Source: Dehalococcoidia bacterium (GTDB taxonomy: Bacteria > Chloroflexota > Dehalococcoidia > Lucifugimonadales > UBA1127). From it: 64,000 nucleotides of DNA. Below, piece after piece: positions 25,884 to 36,752 of the stretch (positions are counted from its first letter, which is position 1; the number at the start of each line of letters is the position of its first letter). The notes below the pieces were generated by a model, which did not search any database, was not told where the DNA came from, and worked only from the letters and a program-made list of their open reading frames with translations. The stretch is from positions 45,737 through 109,736 of the forward strand of contig DAOUJQ010000004.1 in assembly GCA_034422455.1 (NCBI GenBank). Reading direction: 5' to 3'. The position numbers were made by a program, and so were the translations under genes.

Positions 25884-26882
25884 ATGGCAGCTGACTACTA
25901 CAACGTGCTGGGCATCGACCGGAACGCGGGTGAGAAGGAGGTCCGCGCGGCCTACCGCAGGTTGGCGCGCAAGTACCACCCGGACGTTAACCACGGCGAG
26001 CCGGACGCCACGGAGCGCTTCAAGGAGATCAACGAAGCGCACGAGGTCCTCTCAAACCCGGAGTCGCGTCGGCTCTACGACCGCTACGGAGAGAACTGGC
26101 GCAACGTCCAGCGTGGCGGAGACCCGTTCCAGGGCGGCTCCCCCTTCCGGGGCGGCGGCCGCTGGCAGACCCAGACCATCGACCCCGAGACCTTCCATGA
26201 CCTCTTCGGAGGCGGCGGCTTCGGGGGCATGTTCGACTCCTTCTTCGGCGGTGGCCGAGGAGGAAGCGGCGGACGACGGAGGGGCCCGCAGCGCCCCGGC
26301 GTGCTGGAGCAGCCCGTCGAGCTGACGCTGGAGGAGGCGTTCCACGGCACGACGCGTGCCCTGCAGGTCACCGGGCAGACGCCGTGCGCAACCTGCAACG
26401 GCGTCGGCACGGTCAACAACCGCGCATGCCAGACCTGCCTGGGCCAGGGCTTTTCCTTCCAGCCTGTCCGCGGTGAAGTCTCGATTCCGGCGGGCGTCGA
26501 CAACGGTTCCCGCGTGCGGGTGTCCCCCGGGGGACAGCAAGTGGTCCTCGTTGTCACGGTGCTGCCGCACGCACGCTTCCAGCGCAATGGCAACGACCTG
26601 TCCACAGAGGTCACGGTGCCCCTCTACGACGCCGTCCTGGGGGCCGAGGTCGTAGTGCCGACCATGACCGGTCAGGTCGCGCTGAAGCTGCCCCCGGAGT
26701 CCCAGAACGGCCGTGTGTTTCGCTTGGGCCGGCAGGGTATGCCGAAGCTGGGCACGCCCGCGGAGCGCGGCAACCTTTTCGTCACCGTAAGGGTGGAACT
26801 GCCAACGGAGCTGTCCGACGACGAGCGTCGGCTCTTTACGCAACTCAAGGACCTCCGAACAGCGAATGGAGGCAGTCAATGA
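25884..26882 (+). CDS. dnaJ: DnaJ-family co-chaperone (J domain, G/F region, reduced zinc-finger, C-terminal domains)
   Basis: J domain DYYNVLGI...YHPD. Gly/Phe-rich linker. Only two CxxCxG motifs (CATCNG, CQTCLG) where there are usually four. Confidence 0.88.
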   Translation: MAADYYNVLGIDRNAGEKEVRAAYRRLARKYHPDVNHGEPDATERFKEINEAHEVLSNPESRRLYDRYGENWRNVQRGGDPFQGGSPFRGGGRWQTQTIDPETFHDLFGGGGFGGMFDSFFGGGRGGSGGRRRGPQRPGVLEQPVELTLEEAFHGTTRALQVTGQTPCATCNGVGTVNNRACQTCLGQGFSFQPVRGEVSIPAGVDNGSRVRVSPGGQQVVLVVTVLPHARFQRNGNDLSTEVTVPLYDAVLGAEVVVPTMTGQVALKLPPESQNGRVFRLGRQGMPKLGTPAERGNLFVTVRVELPTELSDDERRLFTQLKDLRTANGGSQ

Positions 26883-27253
26883 CGACAAGAGAACAGCCCG
26901 GCTGGGACGAGCCCTGCTTCGTCATCAGCGTCGTGTCTCGCATGGTGGGCGTCAACGCGCAGACCCTCCGCTACTTTGAGCGCATCGAGCTCGTCGAGCC
27001 GTCCCGCTCCGGCGGCAACATCAGGCTCTACTCGCCGCGGGACATCGAGCGGCTGCGGCGCATCAAGACGCTGGTGTACGACATGGGCGTCAACGCGGCG
27101 GGTGCGGAGGTCATCCTTCGGTTGACGGACAGGATCCAACAACTCGAAGGGCAGGTGGAGTTGCTGCGAAACGAACTCGACCGCCTGCAGGAGGAGGAGG
27201 CGGTCGAGGAAGTGGAAGCGGAGATTGTGGACGGCGTCGTGGAAGAGCGTTAG
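26879..27253 (+). CDS. hspR: MerR-family heat-shock regulator (HspR-like)
   Basis: 124-aa [31 protein letters not shown] followed by a coiled-coil tail. The ATG overlaps the dnaJ stop (ATGA). Confidence 0.8.
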   Translation: MTTREQPGWDEPCFVISVVSRMVGVNAQTLRYFERIELVEPSRSGGNIRLYSPRDIERLRRIKTLVYDMGVNAAGAEVILRLTDRIQQLEGQVELLRNELDRLQEEEAVEEVEAEIVDGVVEER

Positions 27254-27309
27254 CGCTTGGTGGGCCGCCCTTCTGGGAGCAGACTCCCCATCGTTCAGGA
27301 GGTGTCAAC

Positions 27310-29781
27310 ATGGTGATGAGACCGGAAGACTTCACCGAATCCGCGAGGGAGGCCATCTCCCGCTCGCAGGACCTGGTGCGGCACTACCGCCACGGCCAGT
27401 GGGACGTGGAGCACGTGCTCCTCGCTCTGCTGGAGCAGCAGGACGGAGTGCCCTCCCAGACCCTGCGGGAGATGGACGCAGACCCCGCGGTCCTCCGTTC
27501 CGACGTAGAAGCGGCCCTTGAGCGCGCACCCAAGCTCCAGTATGAGCCGAATCAGATCTTCGCCACGCCACGGGTGCAGCGCGTGCTCGAGGACGCCAAG
27601 ACCGAGGCGGAGCGCCTGAAGGACGAGTTCATCGGCACGGAGCACATCTTCATCGCCATCAGCGAAGAGCGCACCGGCGACTCCGCAGAGCTACTACGCG
27701 CCCGGCAAATTGATACGGAGAAGATCTATCAGTCCCTGAGCAAAGTTCGGGGAGCGCAGCGCGTCACGGACTCCCGCGCCGACAGCCGGTACCGCTCTTT
27801 GGAGAAGTTTAGCCGCGACCTGACGCAGCTCGCCCGCCAGGGACGGCTGGACCCCGTCGTCGCGCGGGACGGCGTCGTGCAGCAGTCCATCCAGACGCTG
27901 TCGCGCCGTACGAAGAACAACCCCGTCCTGCTGGGCGAGGCCGGCGTCGGCAAGACCGCCGTCGTCGAGGGGTTGGCGCAGGCCATCGTCGCCGGCGGCG
28001 TGCCCGACGCCATCAGGGACAAGCGCGTGCTGTGGCTCGACATGCCGGGGCTCGTGGCCGGCTCCAAGTTCCGCGGCGAGTTCGAGGAGCGGCTCAAGGC
28101 CGTCATGAACGAGGTCATGGCCGCTAAGGGTGAGGTCATCCTGTTCATCGACGAGATTCACACAGTCGTCGGCGCGGGCGGCGCAGAGGGCGCCATCGAC
28201 GCCTCCAACATGATGAAGCCGGCCCTCGCCCGCGGCGAGCTGCAGGTCATTGGCGCAACAACGCCCGACGAGTACCGTAGGTACATCGAGAAGGACTCGG
28301 CGTTGGAGCGCCGCTTTCACCCTGTGTGGGTCGAAGAGCCATCGGAGGAGGACGCCGTCCTGATGGTGATGGCCCTGCGTCCGCGCTATGAGACCCACCA
28401 CGGCGTCACCATCGACGACAGCGCCGTGAACGCCGCCGTGCGCCTTAGCAAGCGGTACGTCACCGACCGCCGCCTGCCGGACAAGGCCGTCGACCTCATC
28501 GACGAGGCCGCCGCCAAGCTCCGGCTCCAGGTGTCCAGCATGCCGGACGAGATCAAAGAGCTGCAGCGTCGAGCAGCCGAGTTGGAGGACCAGGAGGAGG
28601 CCGCCGCTCAGCGCGCCGACTACCAGCGCGCATCGGAGTTGCGGGCTGAGCGGATTCAGGTGGAGCACCAGGTCGCCACCCAGCGCGACGCATGGCTCGC
28701 AAACGAAAAGTTGGACATGGTCGTCAGTGAAGACGACATCGCCGCCCTGATTGCCGTGTGGACCGGCGTGCCGGTGAGCCGCCTGCTCCAGTCGGAGGCG
28801 AAGCGGCTCCTCCACATGGAGGACGCCCTGCACGCCCGCGTCATCGGTCAGGACGAGGCGGTCTCCGTCGTGTCGGAGGCAATCCGGCGGGCGCGGGCCG
28901 GCCTGAAGGACCTCAAGCGGCCCATCGGCGCCTTCATGTTCCTGGGCCCTACGGGCGTGGGCAAGACGGAGTTGGCGCGCGCCCTGGCGCAGTTCCTCTT
29001 CGACGACGAGGAAGCGCTCATACGCATCGACATGTCCGAGTACATGGAGCACCACACCATCTCCCGGCTGGTGGGCGCGCCGCCCGGCTACATTGGCTAC
29101 GACGAGGGTGGCCAGCTCACGGAGTTGGTGCGCCGCCGCCCGTTCCGCGTCGTGCTCTTCGACGAGATCGAGAAGGCGCACCCACAGGTGTTCAACCTGC
29201 TGCTGCAACTCCTCGAGGACGGCCGCCTGACAGACGGCCACGGCAACGCGGTCGATTTCCGCAACACCGTCATCATCATGACCAGCAACCTCGGAACCAG
29301 CGACTTCGGCCGCAACACGACCCTCGGCTTCCGCCGTGAAGACGCGGGCTTCGCGGCCCAGCGTGACCGCATCCGCTCGACGGTGGAGGATGCGCTGAAG
29401 CGCACATTCCGGCCGGAGTTCCTGAACCGCCTGGACGAGACGGTCACGTTCGACCCGCTTACCCGCGATGACCTCCACCGCATCGTCGATCTGATGGCGA
29501 ACGCGGTGCAGGAACGAATGGGCGAGCAGGAGATCACACTGGTCGTCTCAGAGGAGGCCAAGGACTGGCTGGTGAAAGAGGGCTACGACCCCGTGTTCGG
29601 CGCGCGCCCGCTGCGGAGAGCCGTGCAGCGCCACGTCGAGAACCCGCTGGCAAGCCGCATCCTGTCCGCCGAGTTCTCCCACGGCGACAAGGTCCACGTC
29701 GACGTGGACCCCAATGGCGGAGCGCTCACGTTTGCTGTGTCAGCTGCGCCCGCCACGCCTGCTGAGGCGGTCGCGGGGTAA
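27310..29781 (+). CDS. clpB: Class I AAA+ Clp/Hsp100 chaperone (ClpB-like N-terminus, short ClpC-like middle region)
   Basis: 823-aa ORF with two Walker A sites ([18 protein letters not shown]). The N-domain is ClpB-like ([12 protein letters not shown]). The middle region is short and has a UVR-like motif ([16 protein letters not shown]). Confidence 0.85.
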   Translation: MVMRPEDFTESAREAISRSQDLVRHYRHGQWDVEHVLLALLEQQDGVPSQTLREMDADPAVLRSDVEAALERAPKLQYEPNQIFATPRVQRVLEDAKTEAERLKDEFIGTEHIFIAISEERTGDSAELLRARQIDTEKIYQSLSKVRGAQRVTDSRADSRYRSLEKFSRDLTQLARQGRLDPVVARDGVVQQSIQTLSRRTKNNPVLLGEAGVGKTAVVEGLAQAIVAGGVPDAIRDKRVLWLDMPGLVAGSKFRGEFEERLKAVMNEVMAAKGEVILFIDEIHTVVGAGGAEGAIDASNMMKPALARGELQVIGATTPDEYRRYIEKDSALERRFHPVWVEEPSEEDAVLMVMALRPRYETHHGVTIDDSAVNAAVRLSKRYVTDRRLPDKAVDLIDEAAAKLRLQVSSMPDEIKELQRRAAELEDQEEAAAQRADYQRASELRAERIQVEHQVATQRDAWLANEKLDMVVSEDDIAALIAVWTGVPVSRLLQSEAKRLLHMEDALHARVIGQDEAVSVVSEAIRRARAGLKDLKRPIGAFMFLGPTGVGKTELARALAQFLFDDEEALIRIDMSEYMEHHTISRLVGAPPGYIGYDEGGQLTELVRRRPFRVVLFDEIEKAHPQVFNLLLQLLEDGRLTDGHGNAVDFRNTVIIMTSNLGTSDFGRNTTLGFRREDAGFAAQRDRIRSTVEDALKRTFRPEFLNRLDETVTFDPLTRDDLHRIVDLMANAVQERMGEQEITLVVSEEAKDWLVKEGYDPVFGARPLRRAVQRHVENPLASRILSAEFSHGDKVHVDVDPNGGALTFAVSAAPATPAEAVAG

Positions 29782-29809
29782 CGGATCCTACAGCCATTGA
29801 CTGAATCGA

Positions 29810-29852
29810 GCCAGGGCGGGGAGGGGCCGCAAGCCCCTCCCCGCCCTGGCTT
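29810..29852 (+). terminator. Strong hairpin downstream of clpB
   Basis: Perfect 18-bp stem GCCAGGGCGGGGAGGGGC / GCCCCTCCCCGCCCTGGC with loop CGCAA, followed by TT. Confidence 0.6.
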
Positions 29853-29942
29853 GCCCCAAGCGCCGTCCCACGGGTATGCTTGCCCCTGCCGAATCGCGCG
29901 CGAAGCGGCTGGGCCATGCCGGCGAGTGAGTGGGGTGCAGTC

Positions 29943-30893
29943 ATGCCAGACCTGCCGACCCAGGAAGAAGTCCTAGCCTACTTCACCTCCCTGAGCAACT
30001 GGGGCCGCTGGGGCGACGATGACCAGCTCGGCGCTATGAACCACATCACGCCGGAGACCCGCCTGGGTGCCCTGTCCCTCGTGCGGGAGGGCGTCACGGT
30101 GTCCTGCTCGCGGACGCTGAGCAACGCGCCGGGGCCGGACGTGGTGGCGCAGCCCGTGCACTACATGATCGAGTCCGGTGAGGGGTATGCCCACGACGAG
30201 AAGGCCGGCCCGCCCCGGCCCGCGCAGACGTCGTCGGACTTCATCGGCGTCGCCTTCCACGGCCACACCGTCACCCACGTCGACAGCCTCGCCCACTTCT
30301 TCTTCGACGGGAAGATGTACAACGGCAAGCCCGCGAGCCTTGTGTCGACGCGCTACGGCGCCACGTGGGAGTCCATCGAGGTGCTGCAGGGCGGCATCCT
30401 AGCGCGGGGCGTGCTGCTTGACATCCCCCGCCTGCGCGGCATCCCGTGGTTCAACCCTGGCGAGGGCATCCTTCGCGAGGACCTGGAGGCGGCGGAGGAA
30501 GCCCAGGGCGTGCGCGTTGGACCCGGCGACGTCCTGCTGGTGCGCACGGGTCAGCTCCGCCGCCGCGCGGAGCTCGGTCCCTGGAACATCGCCAGCGAGG
30601 GCGGCACCGGCACCCACGCCAACTGCCTCCCCTTCTTCCACGAGCGCTCCATCGCCATGCTGGGCTCCGATACCGGCAACAGCCTGCAGCACCCGGGGTT
30701 CGACCGGCTCGCCAACCCGACGCACCAGGTCGGCATCGTCGCCATGGGCCTGTGGATCCTGGACAACGCCGACCTCGAGGCGCTGGCGGAGGCGTGCGCC
30801 GAGCGTGGCCGCTGGGAGTTTCTCATCACCATTAACCCCCTCCGCATCGAGGGCGGGACGGGCTCACCCGCGAATCCGGTCGCGGTGTTCTAG
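29943..30893 (+). CDS. Cyclase-family protein (kynurenine-formamidase-like fold)
   Basis: Start ATG 29943 (MPDLPTQEEV...). Typical LSNWGRWGDDDQLGAMN N-terminus and HVDSLAHFF metal motif. Confidence 0.75.
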   Translation: MPDLPTQEEVLAYFTSLSNWGRWGDDDQLGAMNHITPETRLGALSLVREGVTVSCSRTLSNAPGPDVVAQPVHYMIESGEGYAHDEKAGPPRPAQTSSDFIGVAFHGHTVTHVDSLAHFFFDGKMYNGKPASLVSTRYGATWESIEVLQGGILARGVLLDIPRLRGIPWFNPGEGILREDLEAAEEAQGVRVGPGDVLLVRTGQLRRRAELGPWNIASEGGTGTHANCLPFFHERSIAMLGSDTGNSLQHPGFDRLANPTHQVGIVAMGLWILDNADLEALAEACAERGRWEFLITINPLRIEGGTGSPANPVAVF

Positions 30894-30912
30894 CCAACTT
30901 TAGGGAGTCGCG

Positions 30913-32592
30913 ATGGCGCAACTGTCACCGGGCCAGGCAGTGGTGGAAGCCCTCCGTGCCGAGGGTGTTTCCTACGTCTTCGGCATCGTCGGCGGGACGT
31001 TCTTGGAGATCTTGGACGCCCTCTACGACGCCGAGGACATCAAGTTCGTGAGCACGCGCCATGAGCAGGGTGCGGCCTTCATGGCCGATGGGTTTGCACG
31101 CGCAACGGGCAAGCCGGCGGTCTGCATCGCGACCAACGGCCCGGGCGCCACGAACCTCGTCTCCGGCGTCTACGCCGCGTACACGGGCCACTCGCCGGTC
31201 ATCGCCATGTCCGGCGCACCCGCCCGCGAGGTGGTCTACCGTGACGCCTTCCAGGAGGCCGACCATGTCTCCCTCTTCCGGCCCGTCACCAAGCAGGCGC
31301 TAACGATAAACGTCGCCAGCCGCATCCCGGAGCTCTTCCGCCACGCCTTCCGAACTGCCATGACCGGGAAGAAGGGCCCCGTCTTCATAGACATCCCTCG
31401 GGACCTGCTGGACGGCGGCGCCATCGAGCACACCCTCGCGCCGCCGGAGTCGTACCGCGTGCACCAGCGCCTCCCCGCCGACCCTGCGCTGGTGCGGCGC
31501 GCGACGGAGCTGCTGGCGACGGCGGAGCGGCCCATCGTCATTGCGGGCGGCGGCGTCAACCATAGCGGCGCGGCTGACGCTGCAGTCGAAGTTGCGGAGT
31601 TGCTCGGAGCGCCCGTCGTCACCAGCTACGGACGCAACGACGCTTTCCCCAACGGTCACCCGCTCTACGTTGGACCATTGGGCCGCGCCGGCGCCCCGGA
31701 GGCGGGGCTGATCTGCTCCCGCGCCGACGTCATCCTCGCCGCCGGCACGCGCCTCTCCAACTTCACGTCGTTCTACGACAACCGATACATCAGTGCGGAC
31801 GCAAGGATCGTCCAGATCGAGATCGACGAGCGCGAGCTGGGGCGCAACTACCCCGTCGCCGTGGGTATCCAGGCCGACGCTGGCGCCGCTCTGGAGAGCA
31901 TCGTGACAGCCCTGCGCTCGCACGGCAAGCAGCCTGACCGGAGCGCTTGGTCCGCCGAGGGCATGGGCCTTCGCGCTCAGCGACGGTCTCGCTTGGACGA
32001 CGAGGCGACGTGGACCGAGACACCCCTCAAACCGCAGCGAGTCTACGGCGAGCTGCGCAAGGCGCTCCCTCCGGAAGCCATCATGGTGCTCGACGCAGGC
32101 GCGTGTCCCGCCTTCGGTTACGACCGGTTGGACTTCCACTTGCCCGGCACGCTCATCACGCCTCTGGACTTCGGCGGCCTTGGATTCGCCTTCCCGGTCG
32201 CCTTGGGGGCGAAGCTGGGGAGGCCGCAGAGCCCTGTCGTGGCCATCCACGGTGATGGCGGATTCCTCTTCAACGTGCAGGAGCTGGAGACCGCCGTCCG
32301 TGAGGGCATCGGTGCCGTGACCATCGTCATGAACAACAACCTCTGGGGGTCGGAGGCCGCTTACCAGCAGGCGCTCTACCCTGGACGGGAAATCGGGGCG
32401 CACGTCACGAACCCGCGTTTCGACAAGCTGGCGGAGCTCTTCGGTGCAAGGGGTTACTACGTGGAGCGCGCCGAGGACGTCGGCGACGCCGTAATCGAGG
32501 CAATCGAGTCCGGCCAGCCGTCCGTTATCGAGATCCCCGTGGACCCCGAGGAGTTGCCTCGTCCCGCGCGCCTGGTGGAGTCGGGACGATAA
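30913..32592 (+). CDS. Thiamine-diphosphate-dependent enzyme (acetolactate synthase large-subunit-like)
   Basis: 559-aa ORF with an N-terminal Pyr domain (GVSYVFGIVGG...HEQGAAFMADGFAR...NGPGATNL) and a C-terminal PP domain (GDGGF...NN). Confidence 0.85.
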   Translation: MAQLSPGQAVVEALRAEGVSYVFGIVGGTFLEILDALYDAEDIKFVSTRHEQGAAFMADGFARATGKPAVCIATNGPGATNLVSGVYAAYTGHSPVIAMSGAPAREVVYRDAFQEADHVSLFRPVTKQALTINVASRIPELFRHAFRTAMTGKKGPVFIDIPRDLLDGGAIEHTLAPPESYRVHQRLPADPALVRRATELLATAERPIVIAGGGVNHSGAADAAVEVAELLGAPVVTSYGRNDAFPNGHPLYVGPLGRAGAPEAGLICSRADVILAAGTRLSNFTSFYDNRYISADARIVQIEIDERELGRNYPVAVGIQADAGAALESIVTALRSHGKQPDRSAWSAEGMGLRAQRRSRLDDEATWTETPLKPQRVYGELRKALPPEAIMVLDAGACPAFGYDRLDFHLPGTLITPLDFGGLGFAFPVALGAKLGRPQSPVVAIHGDGGFLFNVQELETAVREGIGAVTIVMNNNLWGSEAAYQQALYPGREIGAHVTNPRFDKLAELFGARGYYVERAEDVGDAVIEAIESGQPSVIEIPVDPEELPRPARLVESGR

Positions 32593-32594
32593 GC

Positions 32595-33317
32595 ATGTGT
32601 GGGTTTGCCCGGCGCGGGTCGGCGCGAGCCGAGTTGATACGCGCGTCTGTTACCGTCGCACTCGTGACGGTCATGGTCGTCGCATTGGTGGCGTGTGGCG
32701 ATGCCGACGTGGTCGAAGAGAGTGCTACTGCTGCCGTAGCTGCCCCAACGGCAGCCCCGACCGCCGTGCCGCCCTCGCCTACGGTCGCGCCTCCAATGCC
32801 GTCGCCCACTGAACCGCCAGCGGCCACACCGGCGCCGCCAGTCGAGCAACAGCCGGAGGCGGGTCCGACCCTGATTCAGCTTGTTGACCCCCTCGACGAG
32901 CCGGAGTTTTACTGCGTGGACGTGCCCGGTTTCGGCGCTAGCCTGAACCTCCAGGCGCCGCTTATGGCGCATACGTGCAAGCCCGGCGCAGATGATGAGC
33001 TCTTCCTCATCAACCATCCAAGGCCCGGCAACCTTTTCATGCCCGCGTACGACCTGTGCATAGAGGCCGACTCCACAGATGCCCTGGGGCAATTGCACCT
33101 GAAGGAATGTACGGATGCGGCCACGCAGCGCTTTGAGATCGACGACGAGGGAGCCCTCCGCGTGACGGGCGCCGCGCTGTGCGTCTCCACCTCGCCCGAG
33201 GGCGGTGAACCCACCGGAGGGCCGAGCCACCTCCGCCGGGACCTGCTCCTGGTGGACTGCGGCGCTGCCGAACCCGCGCTTGCCCAATGGAAGACGCCGG
33301 GGCGGTCCCCAAACTGA
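32595..33317 (+). CDS. Secreted lipoprotein, Pro/Ala-rich linker plus Cys-containing beta-trefoil-like C-terminal domain
   Basis: Signal peptide with lipobox LVAC, a PT/PA-rich linker, and four Cys in the C-terminal domain. Function unknown. Confidence 0.6.
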   Translation: MCGFARRGSARAELIRASVTVALVTVMVVALVACGDADVVEESATAAVAAPTAAPTAVPPSPTVAPPMPSPTEPPAATPAPPVEQQPEAGPTLIQLVDPLDEPEFYCVDVPGFGASLNLQAPLMAHTCKPGADDELFLINHPRPGNLFMPAYDLCIEADSTDALGQLHLKECTDAATQRFEIDDEGALRVTGAALCVSTSPEGGEPTGGPSHLRRDLLLVDCGAAEPALAQWKTPGRSPN

Positions 33318-33586
33318 CGTCTGCAAACGGCAATCGAGCGGGTTGTTGGAGTACAGGCCGCGTGTTCCAATTCCGAATGCCTATCCGGCGGTAGCGGTGG
33401 AGCTTAATGTCAGCACGGCACAGGCGCGAGTTTCGGTCGCTTCCCGGATCGCTGACCCGGCGGGCGATGGCTTTCACCAATGGGTCATCTGGAAGCGTGC
33501 ATCCTCGTCACAGCCTTCACTCAGACCCTACAATGCCCCCCGCAAGCCATGACAAACGACGAATCTCCTAGTTGCTGCTGGTACAG

Positions 33587-33663
<77 letters not shown>

Positions 33664-33905
33664 TACCGGCCCGGAGAGCCGTTGATTGCCGGACACGCCG
33701 GCAGTCAAGGTGGTGATGTGTATCTGCAAGTATAGCTGTCGGCATGCCCCTGCGTCAATTTGAGGTGGGCCCCGGCCAAGTGCATCGGGGTGGTGGGCGG
33801 ACCGGTGAAGGGTCGCTGCTCCGAGCTGCTCCCGCTTTACTTGCACGCTGTTGCTGGCCAGAATATGCACAGGGATGTCGCAGTTGCTTTCGAGGTATAT
33901 CGCAC

Positions 33906-34964
33906 GTGCCTGCTTCACCAACCGGCTCGGCCCCGCCTCCTTCGCCGGACTTCCTGGGAAAGTACCAGGAGCCCGTGCAAGCCGCCCTCCGTGACCGGCT
34001 CGCCGGATTCCCCCCACCCATTGGCACGATGCTCCGGTACCACATGGGATGGGAGTCGCCGTCGGGCGTTCCGGAAGAGTACGCTTCCGGCAAGCGGCTC
34101 CGTCCCGCCCTTTGCCTCTTCACCTGCGAGGCCTATGGTGGCGACATAGCTGACGCGCTGCCCGCTGCCGTGGCCCTGGAGCTGATCCATAACTTCTCCC
34201 TCATCCACGACGACATCCAGGACCAGGACCTGGAACGGCACGGGCGGGGCACCGTCTGGTCGATCTGGGGCAAGCCCAGCGGCGTGGTGGCCGGCAACGC
34301 CCTCCGTACCGTCGCCGACGCCACTGTCTACGATCTCCGTCAAGCCGGGGCGTCCTCGCAGGCCGTGCTGGAGACCACTCAAACCCTCACCGGCCGGTGT
34401 CTGGAACTGGTGGAGGGTCAGCGCATGGACCTCAGCTTTGAGGACCGTCTCAACGTCACGCCTGACGAGTACCTGGACATGGTCGCCCGCAAGACCGGCG
34501 CCCTGGTGGAGGCGGCGATGCGCATGGGTGCGCTCCTCGGCGGCGCTTCGATGGAGCAGGCAGACCGGGCCGCTCGCTGCGGCAGGCTGCTGGGGCTCAC
34601 CTTCCAGGCCCGTGACGACGTTCTGGGCATCTGGGGCGACCCCGTGCTTATGGGCAAGGCCACCGGCGCCGACATTCGCAGACGCAAGAAGTCGTTGCCC
34701 GTGGTCTTCGGGTTCACGCAGTCAACCGGTGAGGCAAAAGAACGCCTGGAACGCATCTACGGCGCCGACGAGGCGATGGGTGAGGCCGAGGTTTCCGAGG
34801 TGATGGGCATCCTCGATCGTCTCGACGCCCTGGAATACGCGCAGTCGGTGGCGGAGGAGAAGAGTGCCCTCGCCATGGGGGTCGCTCGGGAAGCGGGGCT
34901 CTCCGGCGAAGCCCTGGAGGAGCTACAGGACCTTGCGCATTTCTTTGCTCACCGGGACCACTAG
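33906..34964 (+). CDS. Polyprenyl diphosphate synthase (FPP/GGPP synthase family)
   Basis: First Asp-rich motif LIHDDIQD and second motif FQARDDVLGIWGD. The start is uncertain: GTG 33906 is chosen, and the track ORF begins at 33744. Confidence 0.8.
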   Translation: MPASPTGSAPPPSPDFLGKYQEPVQAALRDRLAGFPPPIGTMLRYHMGWESPSGVPEEYASGKRLRPALCLFTCEAYGGDIADALPAAVALELIHNFSLIHDDIQDQDLERHGRGTVWSIWGKPSGVVAGNALRTVADATVYDLRQAGASSQAVLETTQTLTGRCLELVEGQRMDLSFEDRLNVTPDEYLDMVARKTGALVEAAMRMGALLGGASMEQADRAARCGRLLGLTFQARDDVLGIWGDPVLMGKATGADIRRRKKSLPVVFGFTQSTGEAKERLERIYGADEAMGEAEVSEVMGILDRLDALEYAQSVAEEKSALAMGVAREAGLSGEALEELQDLAHFFAHRDH

Positions 34965-35768
34965 ATGACTTTGGACCTGCGCCCGGGCGTCAACATCGCC
35001 ATCCTGGTGGCCATTCCGCAGGAGGCTCAAGGGGTCCTCAGAGCCGGACAATGGCGGCCCGTCCAGTTGCCGGGTACCGTGGCGGCCTATGTTGGCGAGG
35101 GTGCGGAGGCGGGCGCCTTCCTGGCCGTGAGCGGCGTAGGCCCGGCGATGGCAACTGATGCCACGAAGGCGGTACTGGACGCTTACAGCCCCCACGCCGT
35201 GTTGTCGATGGGCTACGCGGGAGGGCTTGCCACCGGCCAGCGCCCCGGCGATCTCGTTGTCGCGGAGTCGCACGCTCCTATGCCAGGCGGTGAGCCCCAA
35301 CCGCCGTCTCTTCCGGCGATCGTGACAACTGACCCCGGCATGCTGGAAACCGCACTGCGCGTGGCGGCCCGGCTCGGGCTGCGCCACAACGTGGGGCCGA
35401 TGCTGGCGTCAAACAGGGTGCTGGCCGGCTCAGAGGAAAAGCTGCGGATGGGAGCGGAAACCGGTGCGGTGGCTGTGGATATGGAGAGCTATTGGATGGG
35501 GGTGGTTTGCCAGGAGAGTGGAGTGCCGTTTGTCACAGCCCGGGTGGTGGTGGACACGGCTGAACATACCATTCCTGTCTCTGTAGCGCGGAGGGTGATG
35601 GGCGCCGGCCTCCGCAGTCCCTGGCCGCTTGCGCTGAGAGTGGCGTTGGCGCCGTGGGGGGCCCCGGGACTGGTGCGGTTAAGCCGGGCGGCAGCGAAAG
35701 CCCGCGCCACGCTGACAGCCTTTGGGTTGGCGTGGCTGGGCGGCATGAAAAAGGCCCCGGGCGAATGA
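34965..35768 (+). CDS. hpnG: Nucleoside phosphorylase-family protein (hopanoid-associated HpnG-like)
   Basis: 267-aa PNP/UDP-family fold (AILVAIPQEA..., AVDMESY). The ATG directly abuts the upstream stop. The HpnG assignment rests on its position next to hpnCDE. Confidence 0.6.
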   Translation: MTLDLRPGVNIAILVAIPQEAQGVLRAGQWRPVQLPGTVAAYVGEGAEAGAFLAVSGVGPAMATDATKAVLDAYSPHAVLSMGYAGGLATGQRPGDLVVAESHAPMPGGEPQPPSLPAIVTTDPGMLETALRVAARLGLRHNVGPMLASNRVLAGSEEKLRMGAETGAVAVDMESYWMGVVCQESGVPFVTARVVVDTAEHTIPVSVARRVMGAGLRSPWPLALRVALAPWGAPGLVRLSRAAAKARATLTAFGLAWLGGMKKAPGE

Positions 35769-35846
35769 ATGCGCCATCGCAGTCTGCGCGGGTGATGGTC
35801 CGGCATCGTTGTTGCGTGGAAGTAGCCGTTGCGCGACACTGAGGCT

Positions 35847-36737
35847 ATGGTCAAAGCATCAACCGCTGCGCTGGAAATCCCCGCGGCGCTGGAGTCGGCA
35901 TACCGCGATTGCGTGGATCTGGCGAAGTCGCACTACGAGAACTTCACCGTCGCGCTGAGGTTCCTCCCCAAGCCGCTGCTGCCGCACGTGTCGGCCATCT
36001 ACGCCTACTGCCGGGGCGTCGACGACCTGGGTGACGAGGCCGACGGCGACCGTCTCGCGCTGCTGGACGCCTGGGAAGCAGACCTCGACCTGTGCTATTC
36101 GGGAACGCCGGCGGCGCCCCACCTGCAGGCGCTGCAGCACACCATTCGTGCGTTCTCCATCCCCCCGGAGCCCTTCCACAAGCTGATCACCGCCAACCGC
36201 ATGGACCAAACGCAGCGCCGATACGCCACCTACGCTGACGTGCTGCACTACTGCGAGCACTCCGCAAACCCCGTCGGCTTCCTCTACCTCCTGCTGTTCG
36301 GCTACGACGACGAGGAGCGCCGGCGGCTCTCCGACTACACCTGCACCGCGCTGCAACTGGCGAACTTCTGGCAGGACGTGCGCCGAGACTGGGGCAAGGG
36401 CCGAATCTATCTGCCGCAGGAGGACATGGAGCGGTTTGGCTTCTCGGAGGAGGCGTTGGCGCGGGGGGTCTGCAACCGGCCCTTCCGGGACCTAATGGTC
36501 TTCCAGGTTGAGCGCACCCAGGCGCTGTTCGAGCAGGGGCTTCCGCTCGTGGAGATGGTCGACGGCGTGTCGCGGCTGCACATCAAGCTGTTCAGTCTGG
36601 GCGGGATGCGCGTGTTGGACGCCATACGGTCGCAGGGCTACGATGTGCTCTCCAAGCGGCCGGTGGTCACCAAGCGCCGCAAGGCGTGGCTGCTGCTCAA
36701 GACCTACCTCGGCATGAAACTGACCCGCCAGATCTAG
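35847..36737 (+). CDS. hpnC: Hydroxysqualene synthase HpnC (squalene/phytoene synthase family)
   Basis: Start ATG 35847. The SHYENFTVALRFLP...IYAYCRGVDDLGDE pattern is typical of HpnC. Confidence 0.8.
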   Translation: MVKASTAALEIPAALESAYRDCVDLAKSHYENFTVALRFLPKPLLPHVSAIYAYCRGVDDLGDEADGDRLALLDAWEADLDLCYSGTPAAPHLQALQHTIRAFSIPPEPFHKLITANRMDQTQRRYATYADVLHYCEHSANPVGFLYLLLFGYDDEERRRLSDYTCTALQLANFWQDVRRDWGKGRIYLPQEDMERFGFSEEALARGVCNRPFRDLMVFQVERTQALFEQGLPLVEMVDGVSRLHIKLFSLGGMRVLDAIRSQGYDVLSKRPVVTKRRKAWLLLKTYLGMKLTRQI

Positions 36738-36752
36738 GGTGGGGAGCACGAC

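Noticed and set aside
33037-33480. 147-aa minus-strand ORF next to tRNA-Ile as a possible integrase or transposase remnant
   Set aside because: Most of it is antisense to the lipoprotein gene. The in-frame upstream sequence hits a stop within a few codons, and there are no recombinase motifs.
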